Source: Paramoeba atlantica
Taxonomy: Eukaryota > Protista > Discosea
DNA length: 64,000 nucleotides
Assembly: GCA_977017575.1 (NCBI GenBank)
Contig: CDRNVI010000038.1
Location: 62,001 to 126,000, forward strand
Direction: 5' to 3'
In this document: positions 30,270-42,877 of the stretch, piece by piece
Layout: the number at the start of each line of letters is the position of its first letter
Numbering within the stretch: position 1 is the first letter of the stretch
The notes under the pieces: model-generated
What the model saw: only the letters and a program-made list of their open reading frames with translations
Database searches by the model: none
What the model was told of the DNA's origin: nothing
Program-made: the position numbers and the translations under genes

Positions 30270-30849
30270 GTCTGTGCAAGTTATGAATCGCTTGAAAAGA
30301 GCGCGTCTAATTGGCATCCCGAAACAAGGTGGGGGAGTGCGTCCCATCTCGGTAGGAGAAGTATTCTTGAAGTTAGCCGACCTCTTGCTTGTGATGCGAC
30401 ATGAACATACCCTGGAAAAGCTTTTCGCGCCGTTGCAGTTCGGGGTCTCGGTGAAGTCCGGTTGCGAGAAGGTCGTGCATCGTCTCCATGACCACTTTCT
30501 GGCAGGAAACGCAATACTCTCTATCGACCTGGCCAACGCCTTCAATTCACCGCCGCGAAGCGAAATAGCGAAAGCAGTTTTCGGTTTACACACCTTGCGC
30601 CCTTTTCACCGCCTTTTCCACGCGGAATACTCCGAAGCGTCTGAGCTACTCTTCTACGGAAGGGATGGCCATTATCATGGCTCTGTCGAAAGTACGGCGG
30701 GTGTACGCCAAGGATCCCCCCTCTCGACATTGTTCTTCTGCGCATTTCTTCAACCTATACTAGAAACAATCGCCTCCGAGTTTCCAGACGTTAAACTATT
30801 TGCTTATGTGGATGATATCAATTTGGTCTCAGAAAATACGAATTCCATT
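30270..30849 (+). pseudogene. Family E (plus-strand CRE), piece 1: RT core
   Basis: RPISVGE, IDLANAFNS, GVRQGSPL, YVDD; ends at AATTCCATT. Confidence 0.85.
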
Positions 30850-31007
30850 TTTTTTTTTTTTTTTTTTTCCCCGAGTCATTTCTTGGAGGCATTTCTCCTG
30901 TGAAATCCTATGACAGGAAGCCACGGGCGAAACATCACCTTCCCCCCTTCTCTCGTGAGAGAAACTACCTCCAAAAATAACTAGAACAGAACTTACAAGT
31001 AAATGAA

Positions 31008-31918
31008 TAAATTTTCTTTTTTAGGCTCTTCGTTAAACGCGGTGGTTGCTTTCAACTTAGAAGTCACTCATGCTGCGCGCTTCGCGTTGAAAACTACCGC
31101 CGCGTTTAACGAAGAGCCTAAAAAAGAAAATTTAGCCTGGAAAACGGAAAGATTATAGCCAAAAATAGCCGAATTTCGGGTACAAATGGGGTCATTTTCG
31201 CATATTTTTGCTCTCAGAGCACTAAATCCGACATTTGCGCGTGGGAAATCACTCGCAGGCATGAATGAAAGCCTACCGAACGTATTGGGTAGAGAATACG
31301 ACTCCAACCATACCATTCTTTCGACACAAAAATGCCCCTTTAGGTCCGAAAAATACTTTTTCACCTTTTTTAGTCAAAAGTGGGTCATTTTGAGGGGCGC
31401 ACCACAGTTCGAAGAAGTGATACCTTGCGAAAACAACTGCGTAGAAAGCTAGTGTAGGTCCCAAACTATCAAAATACAATAGGGGAAACGATTTTGGAAA
31501 AATATTTTTTTTGTCATTTTTTTCGCCAAGTTGAATTTTTTTTCGAAAAAATTTTTCCGAAAAAATCCGAACTTGGCGGACCCGTCCTGCGGATACGCGG
31601 GGGGTTCACCCCAGGGTAGGGGGGTGGAAAATGCGCGCCAAGACCCCGGCTACCCTTTCTGCGGTTTTTTTTCGAAAACTAATTTTTTCGAAAAAATTTG
31701 ATCGACCATGCCCCCCCCCCCTGGACCCCCCCCCTGGACCCCCCCCCTGGACCCCCCATTTTTTTCAAAAAAATTTTTCAGTTTTGGACCACCGGAGCCC
31801 CCTTTTATATTTTTTTCTTCTATTATATTACTGTGTTCCTCTTTATATTTTCACTGTTTTTGTTCACTTTTTTTTCAATAATCGAGTGTAGAGCGGTAGT
31901 TTTACAACCACCGCAATA
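31008..31918 (+). mobile_element. Helentron/HINE-like non-coding repeat
   Basis: 49-bp-arm hairpin at the left end, CCCCCCTGGA repeats, terminal stem-loop 31893-31914; second copy inverted at 63613-64000. Confidence 0.5.
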
Positions 31919-32061
31919 AATAGATAAATAAATACGCTAACCTGGAAATGTCTATAAGTATTTCGTATTGGCGCTACCCCCCATTGTATGGGGGTAGTTC
32001 TAACTAAGCTTACGCGTCTTTGTAAGCTAAATCTTATAATTCTATATATTTAATATTTGAC

Positions 32062-34799
32062 CTACGATAGTGCTTTGCTCATTTGAGAACACAGCACAGT
32101 GCCGTTTAACTCCTGGAGGTGCATTATGAAATCTTGCACAACGATATCGCGATCACGCCCGCTAGCATCGGCCAGAGATTTCAGGAGAGCCAGGCCACTT
32201 TTGTTCATTGCTCCTCCGGCGAGTATTGATACGCATGTAAATTTTTCATGAGGCATTAGATCCGAGTTAACATACGTGTCGACTTTGCGTTTTTCGGCTT
32301 CCTGCATTAGCTGATTGCTCCGTTTACCGAGATTCGTCTTGGATATTTCATTTATGATAGTGAGGTCATAGAATATCTCACCGGACGCCCAGTAAATTGC
32401 TAAGTCTGGTCCGCTGCGATGGAATGATGCGGTTCCACACTTTTTCTGATGTTCATGTTTGCGCTGTTCATTCACCGATTCATTACATTTCAGGCATCGA
32501 TAAGTGGTGAATTGTCTCGGTTCCCGCTCGCATGGGATTCCGGTCTGAAGACAGAGGTCGTAAATATGACGAACGAGAGCATGATGTCGCGTTGTCGCAT
32601 TTGCGCCTGTGCATTTAACGCAACCGAGCAAGTGTGCTAGAAAGTGTTTTGATTCGAGAATCATTTTGCATCCAGGGCATATGATTTTGTCCGGCATACT
32701 CTTGTGCGCAAGACCAAGTCGTGCCATCACCATTAGAGAGAATTGAGATGATGGAATATATCTCGTTTTTCCTTGCAACCAATCGTGATTACCCTTTTCA
32801 CTGCACGCCTTTACCAAAGGTGCCAACTCCTCGTTTTTCTTTGTCAGCTCTTGATACGTCTTCTGATTGAGCATAGCCTCCGTTGCGGGGCCATCATTTA
32901 CTGATTCGCTGTCCTGCGCTATACCTTCGTCGCACGTTAATCGAGCTGATTTTGGTTTACATTGCTCAAGAGAAACGCGTTTAGAAGAGTTGTACGCGGA
33001 CGTACGAGAGTCAGTAGATGATGGCAGGCCGAGCCCACCTTTCTTCATCGGCAACCGGCACCAAGCGATGTGTTTATCTGTCATTTTGCCAAGCCATGTG
33101 TTCAACACCGCTTCAACATCGCTGTCGAATTTTTTGCATAGTTTTTCCGATGCTATTGGTGTGTGTACCCGGGTGTGGTACCTATGTCTAATGTTTACGC
33201 TTTTCGATAGTAGAAGTAGTGATATGTTGTTTAAACCCATGCGCTTGAGACGTCGGAATATGGCTTCGTGCTTTTCAAGCTTCTGTGTCAGACATTCACT
33301 GACTACTTCGTCGTTGCCTATGTATGCACCTAGGGTCTTTGTCGCTGAATGCTTGATTTTCACTCCTTCTGCTTCAAGTTCTGCTGGGATTGGTATATCA
33401 TGCTTTCCGCCAAACCACACGCATTTGTGTTTGGCCATTTTGACTCGTTTCTCCGCTAGGAGGCCGTGTAGACGACTGAATGCATCAGCTAACGCTTGTT
33501 GGTCCTCAGATGCTAGGTTTATGTCGTCGATGAATGCGAAGATTTTTACTTGTGGAAATTCCATTGCCGGGGTTTCTATGATAGGCTGCATAAATGCGCA
33601 AAAGTACAAGGTAGATAACGGAGATCCTTGTCGTACTCCAGCTGAGCTATATATCGTCTCGTAATGCTCACCGTTTTTTCCGTAATATAAAAGCTCAGAG
33701 GCCTCCGAATATTCCGCGTGAAAGAATCTACGAAAAGGGCGCAATGTGCATAGGCCGAAAACGACTTTTGAGATGTCGCTACGCATAGGCGAGTTAAAGG
33801 CATTAGCGAGATCGATTGATAGAATGGCTTTGCCTTCTTGATAATGGCTATGAAGACGGTGCACTACTTTTTCGCATCCAGACTGTACAGATACTCCAAA
33901 TTGTAACGGGGCGAAGAGTTTTTCGAGTGTATGTTCGTGCCGTGCTACTAATACGATTCCCGCCAGTTTCAGGAAGACTTCGCCTACGCAGATTGGTCTG
34001 ACGCCTTTGTCTGCCTTTGGTAACGCTACCAAGCGTGCTCGTTTCAGACGATTCATTACTTGTTTTGACAGAAGTCCATTTATCAGATCCGCAAACATAT
34101 AACACATGGAGACGCAACAAATTTCGTCGTCCAAGAGGAGCCGAATTATTGTGTCAGTGGTTCCCGTAGGTCCTGGTGCCGATCCTTTGGCAAGACGCCG
34201 ACCTGCGTCCCTGAGTTCTTCGGTGGAAATGATGGCTATCTCAGGAGAGTCATCCGGGAGCTCAAAGTTTTCATGATTCTGCGGATGCAGGTCCCGTAGT
34301 TTGGCGCATACATCGTCGTCTGTTAGTTCCTGTGGTCGCACTTCCTGATCTAGCACTTTTGTTGCCTTAGAGACACACCCTTCTAGGGCCAGGCGGGTCG
34401 CTTTTTTTATGGTGCGTGCTTCTGTTTTGCTCAGTTCCTCCGCATCTCCAGCGTTTTCATCCGGGATCGGCCGTTTTCTTCTTCGTCGAATCGACGCGGT
34501 TCTCACTACTGTTAACGAGTGCTTCATTGCGGATAGGACCCTATTCCAAATGTCGTTTCTGTCATCATACGAGTTGGTGGCGTAATTCCGCATAATGTCC
34601 CGGTAAATTGCTACGACACATGGTGCGAAATCGGCATGAATCGCTCGGAGCTTCGGCATCGGCGCTAAATCCAAATCTTCTTCAGTGTGTTGTGTGACGG
34701 GTGGGCTGGCAACCGGTATTGAGTTCATATGTTTATCCATAGCGGACTGTTTTTTAAGCCACTGAATCTTATATATTCGAACATTCGCTTGCGGGGGAA
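32062..34799 (-). CDS. Family D RT-RLE (3' part)
   Basis: RPICVGE, GVRQGSPL, FIDD, GGLG, CPGC, RH, GPD; frame open up to the YR2 junction. Confidence 0.9.
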
Positions 34800-35593
34800 T
34801 TGCTCATCATCCGATGGTAGAAAGGTAACAAAAATAAACTCTCAAAACTTAACAAGCATACACTTTCTATAAAGCTCACACTACTGTTCGAAACCAAGAA
34901 TCCATATTCAAACACTATAATTAACTCATAAACAAGACGTCATGACTATAACCAAAGAAAACAAAGTAACCTTCCCATCACACAACTTCTCACCTCTCAG
35001 CTTGCGAACGGGTCACGCGGGGAGTGGTTTGGGGGTTGGTGGGTGGGGAAACTTTAATCGCGAATAAATCAAACAGACGCTAAAATGAATCAAAATCTCA
35101 AATTCAATGTCAAATATATATCATCACTATATCATCTTTCGCCACTATATCATATTATATTTCGGGGACAATAATTCGGGGGGAGATTTGTTTCGGGGGG
35201 AAAACCCCCGGTAGGGGGCATCCTGAATAATGACGCCCCATCTCCTTTGATCAATTCTTATCGTAAACTTTAAGAATTGCTCATCATCCGATGGTAGAAA
35301 GGTAACAAAAATAAACTCTCAAAACTTAACAAGCATACACTTTCTATAAAGCTCACACTACTGTTCGAAACCAAGAATCCATATTCAAACACTATAATTA
35401 ACTCATAAACAAGACGTCATGACTATAACCAAAGAAAACAAAGTAACCTTCCCATCACACAACTTCTCACCTCTCAGCTTGCGAACGGGTCACGCGGGGA
35501 CCACCCATTCGCACGTACTCCAATCACCCAATCGCTTGTATGGCAGATAAATCCGGTGCCTACTCCAGACGTACCTCCCATTACAAAACATTT

Positions 35594-35650
35594 TTATATA
35601 TATATATATATATATACATTTTTATATATATATATATATTTATATATAGA
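35594..35650. repeat. (AT)n microsatellite in the YR2 3' region
   Basis: Interrupted TA runs. Confidence 0.85.
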
Positions 35651-35723
35651 GATATAGATGTAATATGAACTATATGCTAGAACTACTTTTTTTTTTTTAA
35701 TCTTATGTTGTCCAAAGTCTCTG

Positions 35724-38486
35724 CTACAATCTACTATACGGATCCGCAGGGTTATCCTCAGAACGAATATACTGCGCTTGGACTGCGATACCTCTCTTCT
35801 GCAAATAATTCAACAACCTACGAAGCTCTTCCGTGATCCCATCCGAGCTTGATACTTTCCGATTGACTGCAGCAACGCAAGATGTATTATCCACAAACAG
35901 GTCTACACACGTTCCTTTCTCAAAATGTTGCCCGTACTTTTCAAATGCCAATCGCACTGCGCGGGCCTCCGCTCTGTTTACTTCATACTCAAATTCCTGA
36001 GGCCACTGTGCACCTGTGCACAACATCTGACCGTAGTCAAGATACAAAACTGCGCCCCACCACGTGGACGATGCGTCAGTACACAAAACATGCTGATGCG
36101 GAACTGTGTCCGGATGACACGGTGGATCAACAGGAGATCGATGTAATAGAGCATCACGCCATTCCGTAAGAGTAACCCGCACAGGGGTCGGTAAAGGTAC
36201 TTGCTGGTCAAGAAGAGACGGTTCTCTGTTCAGCCGATTAATTCTACGGCGTACAATTTTTAATTCGAGATGAAACTGTGGTAAATGCATACCCATCACC
36301 GCTGACGCAAAAATCATTCGACCCAACGCTGACTCCAAAGAACCATACGTTGCTGTAGCAAAATCGTCCTGCGTTAGACGGCGCGTTAATTTTGGACCTA
36401 ACGATACCTTTCCTAGGCCATGGTGATACGTGATACCATTAAACGTGTAGGTCTGCGATGGAGGGGCTCCGGCATCCTTAAAACGCGCATTGACTTCCCT
36501 AGCCCGGTTGTCTACGAACCTGACGTATTGTTCAGCGATCACTTCGCTCCCCGCAAAACGGATACCATCTATATAAACATCGGCATTATCTGAAGAAAAC
36601 GCGGCATCCGCGGTACAAAATTGCTTATCCCCTTCCAGCGTCGCTGTTAGTACATGCATTATTTCGGGTGCACACCGATGCCCCATAGGCATTACATTCA
36701 TTTCAAACAAATCGCCTTTCGCATCCTTAAATCGAAACTTCTCTCTACATGTTAAAGGAATAACCACTTGCCAAAATCCACACGCTAAGTCGCGCTTCAC
36801 CGCCGTTTGTTCTTTTACACGATGCAAATAGTACGCTGCATGCTTTAACTCAACATGAGGATGATACGTTTCCTTAATTCGCTCGTTGTCACCTTGCGTC
36901 CAAGCAATGAAACGCCGTCGCTCCGACCCATCTTCGGCGGGCTCAACTACCGTAAAAGGAATTACCCAATCCCGAGACGGGCGCTTTGCAGCCTCGGCGG
37001 TAGTAACTCGTGTAATGAAGCCTTGGGCTTCCAACAATTCTACGTCACTAGCTGGTAAAAAAGATTTAAATTTCGGAGCGGGAGCTCGCTCATCGGGAAC
37101 TTCTAACATCATTTTCCACGTCTGATCAAAACGCATACGTTGCTCTTCGTTCATCATTCCTCGTAGTTTACGAATATCCATCTGTGGAATCCCACTTTTG
37201 ATATGCAAAGGAAGACCAAAATCTTTCGTGGTCGCCACTTTAGACGTGCGACGCGTGCGTGTTATAGTATGTCTTACCTTTTCTGCTGGAACATCATCAA
37301 TGTACTTGCTAAAAACAAGTTCCTCTTCTACCATATGTGCAGCTTTCTGGTCGCTTTCTGGGTCCCGAGGGCTAACGCCGTTGTCACTGGGTCGGAATTG
37401 TACCGGAGTAACGATTCGATTGACTGGTGCTTTGCGAGGTGCTGTACCTCGTCGAGACGGACGTTGCCGTCGGCAACCTGCTTTAACAACTGCGTAATGG
37501 CCCCACGCTTTGCCGAATGAGTCCCGTATCCGCTGCCGAGAATTTTGCGTATCTTCGAATCCGCCTCCGTCACCGTTGCGCGTGACATTGGTTGGAGGTG
37601 TCCGAGTTTGTGTATGTATAACGCCAGGCGATTTGTTCCCTCGCCCTCTACCACCGTATACATTGAGGGCCGATACGGGTTCAGACGGGACGTCTTTGTC
37701 TTCCGTCCCCACCAAATTACAATTCGCGTTGCGGATACCTCGTAAAAACGATCCCTGGTGAGCGTTGCTGTCTCCGTCCAACGGCTTGCCGCTTACCAAC
37801 ACAGCAGCAATGTATGTTTTTCGCTTGACGGTAGGTGGATCCATAACATGTTCAATTGCGTGGTGGTGAGGGGGGACATCTGTCGGAACGGCTCTGCCGC
37901 TCCCTCGGCCATGAGGGATTTGATGTAAAAACGCAGGGGATTGGTTTGCATGCCGGCCATGCTTAATATCGCCGCTACGCTCCGCGCGTAAGTCAACTTT
38001 CCCTGAATTTTGATCGGCATTTCGGCGATGAAAGTCACGGCGTGCAACGGAGTTATTGGAATTCCCTTCCAATTGCAGAATGTTGTTAGACGCTCCCACA
38101 GCCTGGCTCTGGCCTGCCACGTGGAGACGCTCCACATCTCCGACATTGCGTCCAATGCAGTGCGTACTTCTGGTGTGAGCACATTCACTCCCATTAGCAA
38201 CTTCATGAGGCTTAGTCGCGCTGGAGCGGTCTGTTGAAGACTCAAAGTACCGTTGTATAATTCTCCTGAGGTGATCAATCTCCCTTTTAAGTTCACCGAG
38301 TTGGGCGTATACTCCATGCTGCATATTTTCCTTCTCTTCATCACTTGCGTAGAAATTACTGTAATTCGACGTTTGAATTTTATGACAGTACTGGCCGTTA
38401 GTGTGGGGTCGTTTCAAAGACTCTTGCTGCTTGAAGCAGGGCCAGCCACCCGCGCCCGAAAACCCTGCTGGAAACGTTTTGGGCAA
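35724..38486 (-). CDS. YR2 RT-RNase H
   Basis: RDLACGFWQ, MPMG, YIDG, TDAS, NRAE, VDNTS, NPAD..SR. Confidence 0.9.
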   Translation of the reverse strand: MPKTFPAGFSGAGGWPCFKQQESLKRPHTNGQYCHKIQTSNYSNFYASDEEKENMQHGVYAQLGELKREIDHLRRIIQRYFESSTDRSSATKPHEVANGSECAHTRSTHCIGRNVGDVERLHVAGQSQAVGASNNILQLEGNSNNSVARRDFHRRNADQNSGKVDLRAERSGDIKHGRHANQSPAFLHQIPHGRGSGRAVPTDVPPHHHAIEHVMDPPTVKRKTYIAAVLVSGKPLDGDSNAHQGSFLRGIRNANCNLVGTEDKDVPSEPVSALNVYGGRGRGNKSPGVIHTQTRTPPTNVTRNGDGGGFEDTQNSRQRIRDSFGKAWGHYAVVKAGCRRQRPSRRGTAPRKAPVNRIVTPVQFRPSDNGVSPRDPESDQKAAHMVEEELVFSKYIDDVPAEKVRHTITRTRRTSKVATTKDFGLPLHIKSGIPQMDIRKLRGMMNEEQRMRFDQTWKMMLEVPDERAPAPKFKSFLPASDVELLEAQGFITRVTTAEAAKRPSRDWVIPFTVVEPAEDGSERRRFIAWTQGDNERIKETYHPHVELKHAAYYLHRVKEQTAVKRDLACGFWQVVIPLTCREKFRFKDAKGDLFEMNVMPMGHRCAPEIMHVLTATLEGDKQFCTADAAFSSDNADVYIDGIRFAGSEVIAEQYVRFVDNRAREVNARFKDAGAPPSQTYTFNGITYHHGLGKVSLGPKLTRRLTQDDFATATYGSLESALGRMIFASAVMGMHLPQFHLELKIVRRRINRLNREPSLLDQQVPLPTPVRVTLTEWRDALLHRSPVDPPCHPDTVPHQHVLCTDASSTWWGAVLYLDYGQMLCTGAQWPQEFEYEVNRAEARAVRLAFEKYGQHFEKGTCVDLFVDNTSCVAAVNRKVSSSDGITEELRRLLNYLQKRGIAVQAQYIRSEDNPADPYSRL
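37328..38413 (-). pseudogene. YR2 tyrosine recombinase with one TAA (37793-37795)
   Basis: LLCW*AASRW versus ICWKAAARW in YR1; KTKT, HSAK, AKH..LLRY. Confidence 0.87.
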
Positions 38487-39540
38487 TTACGCCACAAGTG
38501 CTCTGGGGATTGACACCCGAAACATAATAACTTGCGTTGAGAGAAATTAGACGGACGCGGTTGGGCTTGACCATAACGTGCGGTAGAATAAACGTGAGCA
38601 GATGAATGAGCGACTGCGCGGGAGTGTTGCTTTTGACGTTCCACCAATTGTTCATTTACGTGGTGGTAAAACTTATCATTGGGCCGCACTTCTTTTTTCA
38701 GCTTCTGGTGAACCAATTCGACATCTACCTGGCGAGCCTGCCAATACGCGTCGCGAAGAGTCTGAATGATTGCACGTCCCATTTCCAGATAGGGTCCTTC
38801 GTTCCAATTAGGGATGATCCGGGCAAAAAGAATCCACTTGAAGAAAACATTATTAAAAAATCGCTCCTGGCGTATGACGAATCCTCGATCCTGGTAATAA
38901 TGATTTACACGGAGTCCATATTCCGGCGCGTCGCGGAGCTCACGCATCAAGTCTCTCGTTCGAAAGCCTCCATCATCGAAATAATTAATCCACGGACCAA
39001 AAGTAATAGGCTCATACGGATCTAATGCGTTAGGATCAACTCCTTCCGGGATTTGTGCATTGGGATCGCTACTCAGTTGCGACGTTGGACATATTGGCCG
39101 TGCCCCCAGTTCTTCACGTAGCTCTTGGGTCGGAGGTTCATTTACATCCTGCGCTTCCTGAGCACTTAGGGGTCTTCGCCGAGACAACTTTCGTTGTTCA
39201 ACGAGATTCACTTCAAAATAATCTAAGTCGGGGTGTGGAAACTCGTACTCCTTCGAAGGCTTATCTTCCCATACCCCCATAACTTTAAGCCCTCCTTACG
39301 TAACTTACCATATAACGTTTGTCGCTTGCCGGAAACATCATCCTTACGACGAAAGGTAGCCATCACATGGGCCGACGGATTATCTCCCTGCATACCTGTC
39401 AATGTTTCGCGGGCCATCGTGGCAACTAAACTAAGCTCTTGCGGATTAAGCGGCTCGGTAGGCTCGAGCTGCTGCCCCGCCGGGGAAGAACTACGGGAAG
39501 ATCGTAAGGTACGGGTATCCGGACCGTCGATGAGCGGCAT
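38414..39540 (-). pseudogene. YR2 gag with a 1-nt frameshift in a G run (about 39275)
   Basis: CFGCQSPEHLWRNC knuckle; EYEFPHPD aligns with YR1 EYGFPFPD; ATG close to repeat A1. Confidence 0.82.
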
Positions 39541-39769
39541 AAAGAAACTTTAATCGCGAATAAATCAAACAGACGCTAAAATGAATCAAAATCTCAAATT
39601 CAATGTCAAATATATATCATCACTATATCATCTTTCGCCACTATATCATATTATATTTAGGGGACAATAATTCGGGGGGAGATTTGTTTCGGGGGGAAAA
39701 CCCCCGGTAGGGGGCATCCTGAATAATGACGTCCCATCTCCTTTGATCAATTCTTATCGTAAACTTTAA

Positions 39770-41171
39770 GAAGAAAACCTTTGAAGGTGTTGTCGACCTT
39801 GTGACCTTGAACTCCGATATACTCCATAGACAGCTTCGTTCTTACATTCCTGCGATTTATTGTAGCTACGGTACCTTTTGAAACACTCAACGTGGTTTGG
39901 CAATCAAAGCCCCAGGTCAGAAAACATACATCACCAGTTTTGGCATTGCCAATGGCATTGGAAATTCCTTCCGACGTCATTGGGAAGTTGTGTCGTGGGT
40001 CCATCGCGCTCGGGACTTCAGAATCGGGCTTCCTACTTACTCCGGTTTCGCTGGATAGATTTTCGGAGTCGGGATCGATCGGGTGTGGGGAGTGGCATTC
40101 ATGAAAAACATGGGACGTATTAGGAGATTCGGTTTCGCTTTCGATGTCCTGTGGGATCGCGTGGGTATCAACTGGTAGCGGCGATGGGAGCCGATTTTCT
40201 TCTGCCGCGTTTTGCGCATGACCGGTAGTTTGTGGCGTCGCATTAACGTCTGCAGTTTCCGCGAAGATGTCAAAGGCGCGTACGTCGTGTACATAACCTT
40301 CCCCATTGTAGGTGTAGCCTCTACTCATCATTTTCGTGTGAAATGCTTTGCGCTCGTGTGTCCAAGGAGATTCTCTTTGTGACTGAAGTGTTTCCGCAGG
40401 CTCGTTTCCGGTGTTGAAAACTGCTCCGATGGCTTGTGCGGCGACAGCGCACGTCTTCTTAATTCGGATACGCCATTTTCCTGTTTCTTTTGGCTCTCCT
40501 GACGACAGATCCGCGGGTGGTTGTTGCTCTGCGGACGGCAGCTGGGTCTCTTTGTTCGCAGGTGTTAGCGTTCGGTCTGTTCTATGTGTTATCTGTGGCG
40601 TGGGCGCCGACTGTGTAGGTTCCGATTGTGGACGTGGAGGTTCCGGTTGTGGAGATGACGGTTCTCGCTGATCTCGCGCTGGCCCTGGGGAAGGAATGAG
40701 CGGTAGACGGGGTGGTGATGGCGATTTCGGCGCTTCGGAATCGGCCGAGGACATCTGCAGAGCTCTCGTTCGCGCTTTACGCGAGAATGCGTGCATGCTG
40801 GGACGTGGGGCGGGTGGAGACGAGGACAGCACACCCGACGGAGGCGAAGTCGGTCCACATCGTGGAGGTGAAGGGTGCGAAGGAGATTGCACGTGGGGCG
40901 CAAATGGCAACTGTTGCGGAGGTGGTGGTGGCGGTGGCAGGGGCGATGGTGGTGGCGGCGATGGGGGCGGCGGTGAGGGCGGCGATGGGGGCGGCGGTGA
41001 GGGCGGCGATGGGGGCGGCGGTGAGGGCGGCGATGGGGGCGGCGGTGAGGGCGGCGATGGGGGCGGCGGTGGCGGGTCCTTTGGGAGCTTCTTGCGGCGC
41101 GTGGGGGGAAGCGATTGAACAACGGGAGCTACCCCCGTATTCTTCGCCATGGCACGCGTGAGCATGCCCAT
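39770..41171 (-). CDS. Family D N-terminal part (Pro-rich, beta-rich domain)
   Basis: MGMLTRAMAKNTGVAPVVQSLPPTRRKK; PPPSP repeats; in frame with 34799 after YR2 removal. Confidence 0.85.
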
Positions 41172-41199
41172 TTAATAAAATTTAATAAAAAGAGTCAAC

Positions 41200-41522
41200 A
41201 ATTCCATTGTGAAGGCCTTCGAGAGACTACACACGCTACTTATTGAAAAGCAGGTAAAAATGGCGAAACAAAAGTGTGTGTGGTTTGGTGGTCTAAACAT
41301 GATACCGGTGCCTGACAAACTGAAGTCCGAAGGAGTCATAACTGCATCTAAAACAACCAAAACGCTCGGGGCATACATTGGCGATTCTTCCGCAGTAAGC
41401 CTGCAATTACAAGACAAGCTCAAAAAATATTCTACGTGTTTCACAAAGATTTGTTGAAAGACAAGGACCTCTCACCACTAGTTCAAGTCTGCAGCGAAAA
41501 GGGCAATAATGACTGGCTCCAC
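41200..41522 (+). pseudogene. Family E piece 2 (internally deleted)
   Basis: KCVWFGG, TLGAYIG, then a jump to KGNNDWL; continues piece 1 at the TSD. Confidence 0.8.
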
Positions 41523-42200
41523 ATCTCTTTATTCCTGCTAAATCCCCATCGCACCTCGCAAGTCGTACCTTTGCCCCATTCTCTAATAATTTGTTGGACT
41601 TGGTCAGGGGCTTTTGCGAAACTTTTTTTTTTTTTTTTGGAGTAATCTCCCACAATAAAGCGGGAAGTTGAAATGTTGTCTTTTATCTATTATAAAGGTT
41701 TACATCAATCAATCAATCAAAACTTTCAGCTGTGTAGGTCTACGAATTGATAGAACCTAGCCATGCGGCCTTTGGTAGGCTGTCGCGTAATTGCGTGATA
41801 TAGTCTCCTAAATTTCCTCTCGTATATTTCTTTATAAGTATACTTATAAAGAAATCAACTTAATATGCACTTGCGTACATCCCAGTCTTGCCTTGCGAAC
41901 TTCCCAGAAACTGGCGTAACTGGGCGTAGACTTCGTTTCCATTTAAGTCTCGGAGTAATAACTTGAAGTCCATCTCCACTGTCTTCCTATCCAACATGGC
42001 TGCATCCGCAAGTGCATGTATCAGAAATCTTGTGTTCTGGTGGAGAGAACCGCAAGAAAAGATCGGAAGGCATTGAAACGCGAACTCTGGAATCATACCG
42101 GTTGTAACGTAGGTATCTTTCTTCCGTTTAATTACGTCTTGCATTAGTTTCACGCAAGTTTTAGATTGGTTCGATGGCGCAAGCTCGTGTATTATAGACA

Positions 42201-42877
42201 ACGGGGAAGTACTGATGCTGGAAAGTAAACGAAAGACAGGTCTGAATCAGGGACCCCGCTTAACTAAGACCCAATGTAAGCGACAAGGTTTCAAAATAGA
42301 ACAATCTCAAAGCCCAAAGTCAGTCAGCCCAAATACAATTATATTAGAAAAAGCGCGTTCGAATCATTCGCAAAAGAAGCGATTAAAAGATACAGGAGAG
42401 GAAGATACCCAAGTGACAAAAGGCGAAAAACACAACGAAAGTCGACAGAAGACTACGGAAATCAATAAGACAACGAAGACATTGTCAAGTTCGCGATCAA
42501 CTACGGGCAATAAGAAAGTAAACGTGACAGAGCATGAAAAGTGACCTTTCATACTAATGCTTATGCAAAAATGAATTTCACATAGGAGGTGCATTTAGTT
42601 CCAATATTTTTCTTTGTATCGTTGCAAGTTTCAGAAAAAGTGGATTGAACCGTTTGCTGTCGTGCTCACATCGGCAAGTGACTTATACAGCAGACGAAGG
42701 CTAAGTACTGAAGTGTCATAGGAATCGAATGATTAGGATACATAAAATAAAAAGTCTGTTTGTTTTCGAAAAAATTTCTGCAAGTTAGTTCCGCGCGGTT
42801 GGATTGAAAGGTTAAATGTTCAGGAGAAAATTGTAAATCCTTTAACTGGGCAAATTCTCCCAGTGTTGGTTGGTTGG
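42201..42877. mobile_element. Unclassified 677-bp insertion with 10-bp TSD
   Basis: TSD ATTATAGACA at 42191-42200 and 42878-42887; no TIR; right end (TTGG)3. Confidence 0.82.

Larger units (their letters stand above)
34797..39772 (-). mobile_element. YR2: complete YR retrotransposon related to YR1
   Basis: B2 34797-35023 = B1 35274-35500; A2 35048-35276 = A1 39544-39772 (2 mismatches); GAA core at both ends. Confidence 0.93.
30850..41199 (-). mobile_element. CRE-like family D, full length, containing YR2 and a HINE-like repeat
   Basis: Poly(A) about 30850-30868; TSD AATTCCATT at 30841-30849 and 41200-41208; ORF rejoins across YR2 (KGFL|PPQA). Confidence 0.87.

Noticed and set aside
37793-37795. 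Stop-codon reassignment suggested by in-frame stops (YR2, C, B1, E)
   Set aside because: Each is one base from the homologous sense codon but implies a different amino acid (K, Q, C), and ORFs end normally at TAA, TAG and TGA.
42215-42544. 109-aa ORF as a real gene
   Set aside because: Low-complexity Lys/Thr/Ser product of A-rich DNA with no motif.
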